This document shows, in pieces, positions 28,552 to 37,208 of a DNA stretch of 64,000 nt. Made by a program: the position numbers and the translations under genes. The notes under the pieces were generated by a model. It saw only the letters and a program-made list of their open reading frames with translations, did not search any database and was not told the DNA's origin. The DNA is taken from assembly GCA_029855935.1 (NCBI GenBank), contig JAGSHN010000027.1:96001-160000 (forward strand), written 5' to 3'. Position 1 is the stretch's first letter. The number at the start of each line of letters is the position of its first letter. Source of the DNA: Candidatus Thorarchaeota archaeon (GTDB lineage Archaea > Asgardarchaeota > Thorarchaeia > Thorarchaeales > Thorarchaeaceae).

Positions 28552-29508
28552 TCAGTCTGGGACGAGCCTCGTTCCTGTTTCGCCATTCAGTGCCCGCGTG
28601 ATGTTCGGTGGGTCTGTGATGATTGCAAGGTCGCCACCGTGTTCGATGAACTGAACACAGGCCTCAATCTTCGGCAGCATGCTCCCTGCGGCAAAGTGAC
28701 CCTCCTTGACGTATTTGCGGGCCTCGGAGACGGTCATCGAATCAATAGCCATCTGATTGGGAGTGTTGTAGTGGAGATAGACCTGCTCAACGGCTGTTGA
28801 GATTAACAGGACATCCACATCCAGGTCGCTGGCCAGCAGGCTTGACGCAAAGTCCTTGTCGATTACAGCATAGGTCCCCTCGTACATCCCGTCGTCCCGC
28901 CGAATGACGGGAATGCCGCCACCACCGACCGCGTATACGATGATGCCGCGACTCACGAGCTCCCTGATGGCCTCGAGTTCAAGAATGCGCTTTGGACGGG
29001 GTGAGGGAACCACACGGCGCCAGCCGCGACCGGCGTCCTCGACCACATGCCATCCGAACTTCTCCCTCTTGCGCAGTGCCTCCTCGCGCGTCATAAACAA
29101 CCCTATCGGCTTGGTGGGGTTCTGAAACGCAGGGTCTGAGGGGTCGACCTCCACGCGAGTGATCACACCAGTCACAGTCCTGTCGACGCCGCGGCGGATG
29201 AACTCGTTCTTCAACGCCTGTGCAATCATGTAGCCTATCTGACCCTGGCTCTGCGCGCCACAGTAGTCCAGCGGCACAGGATGTACCTCGTGCTCAGCGA
29301 GCTCCGACCTCCGTAGTATGGCACCGACCTGGGGGCCATTGCCGGAGGTGATCACAATGTCCCAGCCCTGAAGTATCATGTCTGCAATATGTCGCGCAGT
29401 CTCCACGGCAGCCTTGTACTGATCGGGAATGGTCCGATGGCTCTTGTCGCGCATCAGTGAGTTCCCGCCGATGGCCACTACTCCCGTCTTGGTCGTCGAT
29501 GAAGCCAC
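28552..29508 (-). CDS. arcC: Carbamate kinase
   Basis: AIGGNS, GNGPQVG, PTKPIG, GWRRVVPSP, GGGGIPV, AVIDKD and GSMLPKI. Confidence 0.95.
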   Translation of the reverse strand: MASSTTKTGVVAIGGNSLMRDKSHRTIPDQYKAAVETARHIADMILQGWDIVITSGNGPQVGAILRRSELAEHEVHPVPLDYCGAQSQGQIGYMIAQALKNEFIRRGVDRTVTGVITRVEVDPSDPAFQNPTKPIGLFMTREEALRKREKFGWHVVEDAGRGWRRVVPSPRPKRILELEAIRELVSRGIIVYAVGGGGIPVIRRDDGMYEGTYAVIDKDFASSLLASDLDVDVLLISTAVEQVYLHYNTPNQMAIDSMTVSEARKYVKEGHFAAGSMLPKIEACVQFIEHGGDLAIITDPPNITRALNGETGTRLVPD

Positions 29509-29764
29509 TATATCACCTCAGCAGAGAGGCTTGACCGGGCCAGACGCACCTTTTAAGGGGTTCGACAACAGCCACTGGAGTACCAGAGAACGACACACAA
29601 GGGCGGACACGACCTCTCATTGCTCTGGCCAGATGCGATACCGTGAGATTGAGGCCGTAGGGGGCCAGCACAGCAGCTCTCGAGCCGTGAGGGCACTGGA
29701 GAGAAATATCTGGGCGCTGATATCGGGTGTTAACTCTATTTAAATCGCATCTTGAAGCGAGAGA

Positions 29765-29782
29765 ATAAAGAGAATTTATAAA
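29765..29782 (+). promoter_or_regulatory. Consensus BRE-TATA promoter of the second caspase gene
   Basis: Purine-rich ATAAAGAGAA followed by TTTATAAA (29775-29782), about 50 nt before the start. Confidence 0.6.
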
Positions 29783-29832
29783 GGGGGTTTGTAGTCATTG
29801 CAGGCGGAGATCTATCTCCGAGGAGAAGGACA

Positions 29833-30936
29833 TTGAAGAAGAAGACACTCATAGCAATTGGGTTGCTGTTTGTATTCGCGCTTGCCTTTGCGCTCCCGCA
29901 GGCTGCGGCCGTTGTGACTGACGATAATCAGGCAATGGCCCGCAGGGGTGGGTCCGGAGGTGGCCGACGGAACACCGCTCCGACCGTGACCATAACCTCG
30001 CCGGAGGACCTCTCGACAGTGAGCGGTACAATCACCATCACGGCCACAGCCACCGATGCACAGGACGGGACTCTCATACCGACCATATACATCGACGGCG
30101 TGGCAGTGGCGACTGCGACATCGTATGTGTGGGACACAACTACCGTGGCCGATGGCACGCACACCATAGACGCCAAGGCCACAGACAGCGGAGGCCTAGT
30201 GGGGCAGGACAGCGTGATAGTGACCGTTGACAACGTTGAGGAACCGCCCCCGCCGCCTGGACAGAACAAGTACGCTGTGATAGTCGGGATATCAGACTAC
30301 CTTGCGGTCAATGATCTGTCCTACTGCGACGAGGACGCTACTGACTGGTACAACTACCTATCAGGCCTCGGTTACACTATCAAGCTGTTCGGCGATGGCA
30401 CCAACTACTATCCCCAGTGGGATGGCTATGCCACTGAGTACAACATCAAGAACGCTCTGGCAGACTTCATCGCGCTCGCTGACGAGGACGACATCTTAGT
30501 CTACGCCAGCTCTGGTCACGGTACCACCTACAGCGGTGGAGAGACTATCTGCTGCTGGGACTATGGTGCTGGACAGGATGGTGAGGATGGGTCCTTTACC
30601 GACGTAGAGATGGCTGATGTCTTCGCCCCGGCTGTCTGTAACATCTTCATCTTCCTCGACCACTGCTATAGCGGTGGAATGAATGAGGTGATGTACAACT
30701 CGAACTCGGCAAAGATCTACCTCACAACGACCTGCACGGCCACCGGATACGGATACGATGAGCCGACCTATCAGAACGGTGCGTGGACCTACTGGTTCCT
30801 CGAGGCCGGCCTCGTGGGTCAGGGCTTCACAACGATGGAGGACTGCTTCGCGTGGGCAGTTGCTCAGTATCCGTACGGCGGCGCGGACACACCGCAAGAG
30901 TTTGACGGAAACCCCAGCGTCCCCTTCACTCTCTGA
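29833..30936 (+). CDS. Secreted caspase-family protease: signal peptide-Ig (Big_7-like)-caspase
   Basis: Signal peptide MKKKTLIAIGLLFVF; APTVTITSP..WDTTTVADGTHTI Ig; PPPPP linker; KYAVIVGISDY, SGHG and DHCYSGG. Close paralog of 8008..9510. Confidence 0.87.
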   Translation: MKKKTLIAIGLLFVFALAFALPQAAAVVTDDNQAMARRGGSGGGRRNTAPTVTITSPEDLSTVSGTITITATATDAQDGTLIPTIYIDGVAVATATSYVWDTTTVADGTHTIDAKATDSGGLVGQDSVIVTVDNVEEPPPPPGQNKYAVIVGISDYLAVNDLSYCDEDATDWYNYLSGLGYTIKLFGDGTNYYPQWDGYATEYNIKNALADFIALADEDDILVYASSGHGTTYSGGETICCWDYGAGQDGEDGSFTDVEMADVFAPAVCNIFIFLDHCYSGGMNEVMYNSNSAKIYLTTTCTATGYGYDEPTYQNGAWTYWFLEAGLVGQGFTTMEDCFAWAVAQYPYGGADTPQEFDGNPSVPFTL

Positions 30937-30982
30937 GATGAGACAGCTCTCCACCTCTACAATGTAGAGTGGACCGCCAACA

Positions 30983-31030
30983 GGATGGGACGCCCTCTCG
31001 TCCCATCCGCCATCTCCTTCTCCTGGTTTC
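30983..31030 (+). terminator. Hairpin plus pyrimidine tract after the second caspase gene
   Basis: GGATGGGACG-CCCTCT-CGTCCCATCC (10-bp stem), then C/T-rich sequence. Confidence 0.55.
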
Positions 31031-31148
31031 TGCCAGACCACAACGACTAGAGTAGATTCTTGTAGGACCCCGAAAACCAGATAACGTCCGCTGGTAGAGA
31101 CAGCTGGAAGCGCCACGCTGATTCTCAACGGGCTAGGAGAGCAGTCAG

Positions 31149-32600
31149 ATGGAGAGGTCCAGAGCGCAAGTCAATCCCTATCTCGTGGTGGCGGCGACAG
31201 GCGTGGGAGTCTTCCTCAGTGCCCTCGACTCGTCTATCGTCAACGTGTCGCTCTGGACAATGGCGAGGGACTTCGGGGTCGGGATGGCCGACATACAGTG
31301 GGTGACCGTGGCGTACCTACTGGTGCTGACCTCTCTGATGCCTCTCGGAGGAAAGATGGGAGACAGAGTGGGAAAGACCCGGATCTTTCAGATGGGTATC
31401 GCACTGTTCACTCTCGGCTCACTGTCATGTGCCCTATCGCCGACACTGGCACAGCTCGTTGCCTCTAGAGTGTTCCAAGCAATCGGCTCAAGTATGATGA
31501 CGGCCAACGGGCTGGCCCTGGTCACATACTTCACAACGCCTGAGAATCGTGGGCGGGCGATGGGACTCAACTCAATCACACTTGCTATCGCTCTTGCAGC
31601 AGGACCTGTCCTCGGCGGCATTCTCACGCAGTTCTACGGCTGGCCAAGCATATTCCTTGTCAATCTCCCGCTCGGCGTGCTGGGCTATCTGCTCGTACGC
31701 CACATCGTCCCTCGCACAGAGCCTGTACGAGAGGTCAGCTTTGACGTGGTCGGCGCCGCTCTCTTCTTCCTCTGCCTGTTCTCACTTGTATACGCTGTCT
31801 CTGTGGCGAGAGACGTCGCAGTCGAACAGACCGTACTCTTCGCCGTGGTCTCGATTGTCTCCTTCGTAGTGCTGCTGATCAGAGAGAGGAGATTCATCTC
31901 GCCAATCATCCCCACCCGAGTAATGGCCGACAGGAGAATCTGGACAAGCATCGTCTCAGCCATTCTCTCCTTCATGGCAATGATACCCATCTCCTTTCTG
32001 ATGCCCTTTCTGCTGCAGGACGCACTCGGGCTGACACAGGGCGCAACCGGACTCTTCCTCACAGTTCACCCGATTGTGATCTCCGTCTTTGGGCCGATTT
32101 CAGGGGTTCTATCGGAACGCGTGCAGGCGAGAGTACAGACGGTCATTGGATTGATCATTCAAGCCGTGGGACTGTGGGCCCTCGCGCTCAGCGTTCCCAA
32201 TCTTGCCCTGATGGTAGCAAGCATCATCGTGCTGGCGATTGGTCTCTCACTCTTTACGGTCGCCAATGGCAACTTTGTGATGACGGCCGCACCGAAGGAG
32301 TATATGGGTGTCATGAGTGCCCTCACCAACATAGCTCGCACAACTGGCTTCTCGGTGGCCACGGCCCTTGCCACAACCGTCTTCTCCTTCTACTTTGGAT
32401 GGTTCAATCCTCTCGGACTGACCAGTGGCACCGAGTACGTGACTGCATACGTCGAGGGATACCGGCTGACAGCCTGCTCGTTCTCAGTCTTCCTCATCAT
32501 CGGTGCTATTGTGTCGTGGCTGCGCGGAAGACTCCATCCATCTGAGGAGGCAAGGAGCCGTCCGAAGACGAATCTCGGCCTGACGCCCCCGCCCGTTTGA
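31149..32600 (+). CDS. MFS drug:H+ antiporter (DHA2/EmrB-like)
   Basis: LDSSIVNV, GKMGDRVG, GPVLGG and WPSIFLVNLPLG. Confidence 0.9.
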   Translation: MERSRAQVNPYLVVAATGVGVFLSALDSSIVNVSLWTMARDFGVGMADIQWVTVAYLLVLTSLMPLGGKMGDRVGKTRIFQMGIALFTLGSLSCALSPTLAQLVASRVFQAIGSSMMTANGLALVTYFTTPENRGRAMGLNSITLAIALAAGPVLGGILTQFYGWPSIFLVNLPLGVLGYLLVRHIVPRTEPVREVSFDVVGAALFFLCLFSLVYAVSVARDVAVEQTVLFAVVSIVSFVVLLIRERRFISPIIPTRVMADRRIWTSIVSAILSFMAMIPISFLMPFLLQDALGLTQGATGLFLTVHPIVISVFGPISGVLSERVQARVQTVIGLIIQAVGLWALALSVPNLALMVASIIVLAIGLSLFTVANGNFVMTAAPKEYMGVMSALTNIARTTGFSVATALATTVFSFYFGWFNPLGLTSGTEYVTAYVEGYRLTACSFSVFLIIGAIVSWLRGRLHPSEEARSRPKTNLGLTPPPV

Positions 32601-32605
32601 CGATC

Positions 32606-33949
32606 TCAGAGGCCAAAGACATCAGCGAGAAACAACACCCTTCTGCGGAAATCGGGATGGTCAAGGACCAGAATATTCTTTCCAATCTCATTGTCGAAGA
32701 GGAGCCCTGAGGGGTCGTTCCTTAGTTCGGCAACGAGTCTGCGGAGTTCCGACTCGGAGAGCCGTCTGTCGCCGTCAATGTCTGCAGAGCGCCAGTCAAT
32801 CTTCTTTGGCACACTGGTGTCGGCGACGATGTCGCGCGACCTCCTCCTCACCAGTTCAACCGCTGCAGGCCGGACCAGTTGCTGAATATCAGAGTCCGTC
32901 AGAGGGAGCCCGTATGCGTCGCGGAGCACCTCTAGGCGTCTTCGCAGGAACAGGTGCGGGGCCTTGACCCTCGCAACCCTGTCGTCCAACTCATCGGGGC
33001 CGAGGGCAATGACCATCTCACGGATCTCCCTGTCCGTCAGTGGCATGATGCCGCTCTCGTTCAGCGAGTCAAGCCACCTCGCCTCCTCGACAAGGGTGTG
33101 CAGTGCCTCAATCCTCTGTCCAAGCCGGAGAAGGGCATTGACTGTGACAACCGGACCAAGGAGGGTTGCAGCGTGATAGTCGGCAAGCAGTTCCGCAGCG
33201 CGGCTTGCGGCCTGAATCAACGCAGTGCCCACAGTCAGAACGCCACGCGACAGAATGAAGAACACTAGAAGCGCGGCAGTCCGAGCAATGACCGCCACCG
33301 GATCACCTGTGACCAGCAGGGCATCGACCACGCCCAGCAAAAGACGCGCATAGATGTACAGGTAGACGACCTGGATGAAGAACTCTGGCATCCTTGCGAG
33401 GATCTGAACCAGCGTGTCACGGTTCTTGATGTGGGCGGTCTCGTGGGCAATGACCGCGCGGACCTCAGATGGGTTGAGCAGACTCAGGATGTTGTTGTGA
33501 AGCACGACAATATTGCCAATAAGAGGAAGCCCGAAGGTGAACGCATTTGGAATTGGTGAGTCAAGGAGATAGATTCTGTCGACACTCACATCCGACTGCT
33601 TGGCAAGGTCAAGTGTCCACTGCACGACGCTGTCTCGACTGTGCCGGCATGTCCATCCCTGCGGGGGAGGAGAGGAGGGCCATATCTCCACCACCCCCTG
33701 ACGATGCGTCATTGATAGAGCCATATAGTAGAGCAGCATCACTTGAACAAGGACAATCCCGACGAACAGTCCGCCAGAGACCACTGGGCTGGTCCTTGAC
33801 GGATCGAACCCGATGATGAAGAGCGAGGATGAGTCCAGCGTCAGGACGGATACGAAGGCAATCTGGAAAAGGTCGACAATCACGAAGAGAATCAAGAACT
33901 GCCACTTGCGGCGTTCCACCTCTCTGACAGGGGCCGGCTGCGTGCTCAT
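32606..33949 (-). CDS. M48 (HtpX/Ste24-like) membrane zinc metalloprotease with an inserted EF-hand-like loop
   Basis: PNAFT, AVIAHETAH, SRAAELLAD and terminal DHP..RR; DIDGDRRLSESE loop. Start is 33949 or 33979. Confidence 0.85.
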   Translation of the reverse strand: MSTQPAPVREVERRKWQFLILFVIVDLFQIAFVSVLTLDSSSLFIIGFDPSRTSPVVSGGLFVGIVLVQVMLLYYMALSMTHRQGVVEIWPSSPPPQGWTCRHSRDSVVQWTLDLAKQSDVSVDRIYLLDSPIPNAFTFGLPLIGNIVVLHNNILSLLNPSEVRAVIAHETAHIKNRDTLVQILARMPEFFIQVVYLYIYARLLLGVVDALLVTGDPVAVIARTAALLVFFILSRGVLTVGTALIQAASRAAELLADYHAATLLGPVVTVNALLRLGQRIEALHTLVEEARWLDSLNESGIMPLTDREIREMVIALGPDELDDRVARVKAPHLFLRRRLEVLRDAYGLPLTDSDIQQLVRPAAVELVRRRSRDIVADTSVPKKIDWRSADIDGDRRLSESELRRLVAELRNDPSGLLFDNEIGKNILVLDHPDFRRRVLFLADVFGL

Positions 33950-34064
33950 CGTTCTCACGTTGTCTGCCGGGGGGAGCATTTTACTGTATCTGAAGGGGCG
34001 GCGGCCATAGCCCAATCCTCATATAGGCCACCCACGGAGGAGGTCCAGCAAAGGAGTTGATACA

Positions 34065-34559
34065 ATGACACGACTCACAGGTGTGAACCTCGACGATATT
34101 AGGTCTCGGACAAAGACCGTAGGTGAGTACTTGGACAGCATTCAGGGAAAGGACAAGGACGCCATGCTCAGGATCTACGAGCACTACAGGCCCAAGGAGG
34201 ACGTTGTCGATCGCCTACGGAGGCACGTGAACGACATAGTCATAGTCGTCTTTAGTGCAGCATGGTGCAAGGACTGCAAGAACGCCCTGCCGGTGCTAAG
34301 GCACCTAGAGGAGCGGATTGGCTTGAACGTGAGAGTCTTCGGGGGAATCAAGACAGCACCACTCGACCCGAACCACCAGTGGCGAATACCGCCCTCTCCG
34401 CCCGAGATGGAGGAATGGGAGATAACACACATCCCCTGGATAGTCATATTTGACCTGGAGGGCAACGAAATAGGAACAGTCATCGAGAAGCCGACGGTCA
34501 CGGCGAGCCTCGAAGAGGAGATACTGTATCACCTGGAGCGCCCGAAGACCGATAGCTAG
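34065..34559 (+). CDS. Thioredoxin-family protein
   Basis: WCKDC redox motif; HIPW cis-Pro region. Confidence 0.85.
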   Translation: MTRLTGVNLDDIRSRTKTVGEYLDSIQGKDKDAMLRIYEHYRPKEDVVDRLRRHVNDIVIVVFSAAWCKDCKNALPVLRHLEERIGLNVRVFGGIKTAPLDPNHQWRIPPSPPEMEEWEITHIPWIVIFDLEGNEIGTVIEKPTVTASLEEEILYHLERPKTDS

Positions 34560-34705
34560 AATGGCGCTCGATGCGGTCCACGATTGTCACTCCGGTAGCA
34601 GATTCTGAGCCCCCCGACCACACGAAGATGGAGCACTGCAACCCTTCAAAAGATAGATAACGGACCATCCTATACGAAGTGTAGTCATCCGAGGAGATAT
34701 GCACA

Positions 34706-36043
34706 ATGGAGATACCAATTCTGAGCTCATTCATCGAAGGTCTTAGACTGTTTCTCAGCAACAAGCGCCTGAAGTGGTTGACGGGAGTCTTCCTCCTAAG
34801 CCTGGTAGTCACATCGCTGTCAGGAGGCGTAGGCCTCTACCTCGTTGGCAGAGATCCGACCCTTCGGGGCGCTGCAATGTTTCTCGTTGCACTGACGTCC
34901 GGTGTGTGGCCGGTCTTCTTCATGCTGGCCTCCTTCATGGCGCTGGTCAGACTGGAGAGGTTCGTCGCCAGTGATGAGTCCTACAAGAGGTCTGCCATTC
35001 TGTTCATTCCGTGGATTGTCATCAGCTTCTTCGCTCTGTTCTTCCTTGTCACCTTCTTTGCGGCCTTCCTCTTCGTTATGGTGTTCATCATTGCATTCCT
35101 CGGATGGATTGTGTTTCAAGCGTATTTCTCCACAAGGACCGCCCTGAGATACGGTGGCGCAGTACATGTCGAGTCCACGTCGAGGCTCACGAAGGCACTG
35201 TCTGTCTTCAGCAATGCATTCAACTACATTGTCATCATCGGCGCGCTCGCCTATGTTCTGCTCACCAATATTGCCGAGCTGCTGGGCTTTCTCCCACGGC
35301 TCGGGCTCCTGCTGCTAGGGACTGGTTTCGCGCTACTGTTCAACATGCTCAACTCAATGATCATGGTCAGGGAACGCAACAGTCCAAAGTTGGCGAATGT
35401 CGCTCTGATCGGGATGTTCATCTCACTGTACTCAGCCTACTTCATCTACAATGCCGGTAAACCTGTCGACACGTCACCGGACATTGTCAGCATAGCCATC
35501 TCGATATTCTTCGTCTTCTACACAATGAGCTCCGTGGGGAGGATGCTCAAGCCACAGGTTGCGTCTGAGTCGTTCTTCAGGATCTCGGCAGACTTCGCCG
35601 CGATGCTGACATTCTTCCTCGCCTCCGGATACTACTTTGCTGACGTGTGGTTTCCGATCTCCCTACCCGACCCGACATTTGGGGCCACCCTCTCAGACCT
35701 CATCAAACTGATCATCTTCCCGTTCATCGCTCTGATAATGGAGCTACTCTATCTCAGGCAGGCCAAACGCGTACCACCTGAGGTCGTAGCGGTGCCCGAG
35801 GCTGGAGCCGAGGAAGAGATGCCACCCGCCGAGGAGGAAGAGCCGACCCCCGAGGCCGAGATGCCGCTTGAGTCTCCAGAGGAGACTGGCGAGGACGAAA
35901 CGGGTTCGAGTGCTGTTGGGCCCGCGCCCTCCCCGGAGGAAGAGCCTGAGCAGAGTTTCGGCGTAGAAGAGGGCGAGGGGGAAGAGGAGATAGACAGCGG
36001 AGAGGTCATCAGCTCCGACTATGACGGCGAAGAGAGTGGGTAG
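34706..36043 (+). CDS. Polytopic membrane protein with a long acidic C-terminal tail
   Basis: About 10-11 hydrophobic helices; last ~90 aa rich in E/P/S/G. Confidence 0.75.
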   Translation: MEIPILSSFIEGLRLFLSNKRLKWLTGVFLLSLVVTSLSGGVGLYLVGRDPTLRGAAMFLVALTSGVWPVFFMLASFMALVRLERFVASDESYKRSAILFIPWIVISFFALFFLVTFFAAFLFVMVFIIAFLGWIVFQAYFSTRTALRYGGAVHVESTSRLTKALSVFSNAFNYIVIIGALAYVLLTNIAELLGFLPRLGLLLLGTGFALLFNMLNSMIMVRERNSPKLANVALIGMFISLYSAYFIYNAGKPVDTSPDIVSIAISIFFVFYTMSSVGRMLKPQVASESFFRISADFAAMLTFFLASGYYFADVWFPISLPDPTFGATLSDLIKLIIFPFIALIMELLYLRQAKRVPPEVVAVPEAGAEEEMPPAEEEEPTPEAEMPLESPEETGEDETGSSAVGPAPSPEEEPEQSFGVEEGEGEEEIDSGEVISSDYDGEESG

Positions 36044-36268
36044 GCAAATCCCTCAAGTACACGTGAGGCTCGGTTCGATACTCAGTCCATCATAGTGGCC
36101 TGCCTGTTCCGTGAGAGCTATCTTGTCGCCGGTGGATGAGACCGCCTCCCTTCGACATTTCACACCAGACCGCGGACCCGGCCTATGCGAATGCTTTTAT
36201 CCCACGCAGCGGGAGTTTCAGCCACAACGCCTCTCAGGCGTGTCGTACTGAAGGAGTGAATCGATAGA

Positions 36269-36430
36269 ATGGCAAAGTACGAGTGTCAGGTCTGTGGCTG
36301 GGTATATGACGAGGAGCTCGGAGACCCAGACAGTGGGATTGCGCCTGGAACAAAGTTCGAGGACCTACCCGATGACTGGGTCTGTCCGATGTGTGGCGCT
36401 GGAAAGGAGGACTTCGAGAGAATCGATTGA
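36269..36430 (+). CDS. rub: Rubredoxin (absent from ORF track)
   Basis: [53 protein letters not shown]; AAGGAG upstream. Confidence 0.97.
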   Translation: MAKYECQVCGWVYDEELGDPDSGIAPGTKFEDLPDDWVCPMCGAGKEDFERID

Positions 36431-36575
36431 AGGGTCGCCCTGTTCGCGGTCGGCCGTACCGTGCGAGCATAGGGTGACTCACCTCTGTGTGTTAGGAGAA
36501 CCGTTTTTTCATCGGCAACATTCCAGCGGTCTACTTTGGATAGAAGCCAGACCAGTAGGATGAAGGGGTGTCGGA

Positions 36576-37127
36576 TTGACGATCGTAGAACGACTCAATG
36601 GACTGTACTCGAGGGGAAGACTTCTCTCTGTCTGCCTACTCTTTCTGCTTCTCTCTGTTGTGATGATGTTGATCGTGGCCCCAGCTGTACAATCGGCAAC
36701 GGGCCTGCCGCCACTGGACGTTCGCTTCGGCTATACGGCGGATGACGTGGCACAGTTCTTTCAGGCACTGGGTCCCGAAGGAATCTCTACCTACCACGCT
36801 ATGTGGGGACTCGACATCGTATATCCTGCGGCGTACGGAATGGGCGCTATGATGGCGATGGCTGTACTGGGGAGAAGGCTATTCTCGCCCGACTCGCAAC
36901 TTCAATGGATCATGGTGGTCCCACTCGCGGCTATGCTGATGGACTACGTGGAGAACGTGTGTCTTCTCATATTGTCCCTCTCCCCCACCAGTGTGAATCC
37001 ACTGCTTGCAGCTGTGGCAAGTGGTGCCACCATCACTAAGTGGGTTCTGATCATCATCACAGTGCTGGCTCTGCTGGTCGAGCTAGTTGCCCACCTGATT
37101 ATGTCGAGGAGGGGCGAGCCGAGATAG
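36576..37127 (+). CDS. 4-TM hypothetical membrane protein
   Basis: LDVRFGYT..LGPEG..Y..DIVYP..DYVEN..ATITKW pattern. Confidence 0.7.
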   Translation: MTIVERLNGLYSRGRLLSVCLLFLLLSVVMMLIVAPAVQSATGLPPLDVRFGYTADDVAQFFQALGPEGISTYHAMWGLDIVYPAAYGMGAMMAMAVLGRRLFSPDSQLQWIMVVPLAAMLMDYVENVCLLILSLSPTSVNPLLAAVASGATITKWVLIIITVLALLVELVAHLIMSRRGEPR

Positions 37128-37208
37128 TGTGTGCCTCGGTGTGCTGGAGGACACATCGAAACCATTTTGTGAGCTGCCGAGAAGGCCGTTGGCAGAGGAT
37201 TGAACGCA

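Noticed and set aside
27769-29508. arcC-fdhD as a novel pathway
   Set aside because: Only adjacency supports it; no arcA/arcB or molybdoenzyme genes are in the window.
36070-36090. GGTTCGATAC T-loop-like motif (also GGTTCAAGTCC near 55269)
   Set aside because: No T-stem pairing or cloverleaf can be built, so these are not tRNAs.
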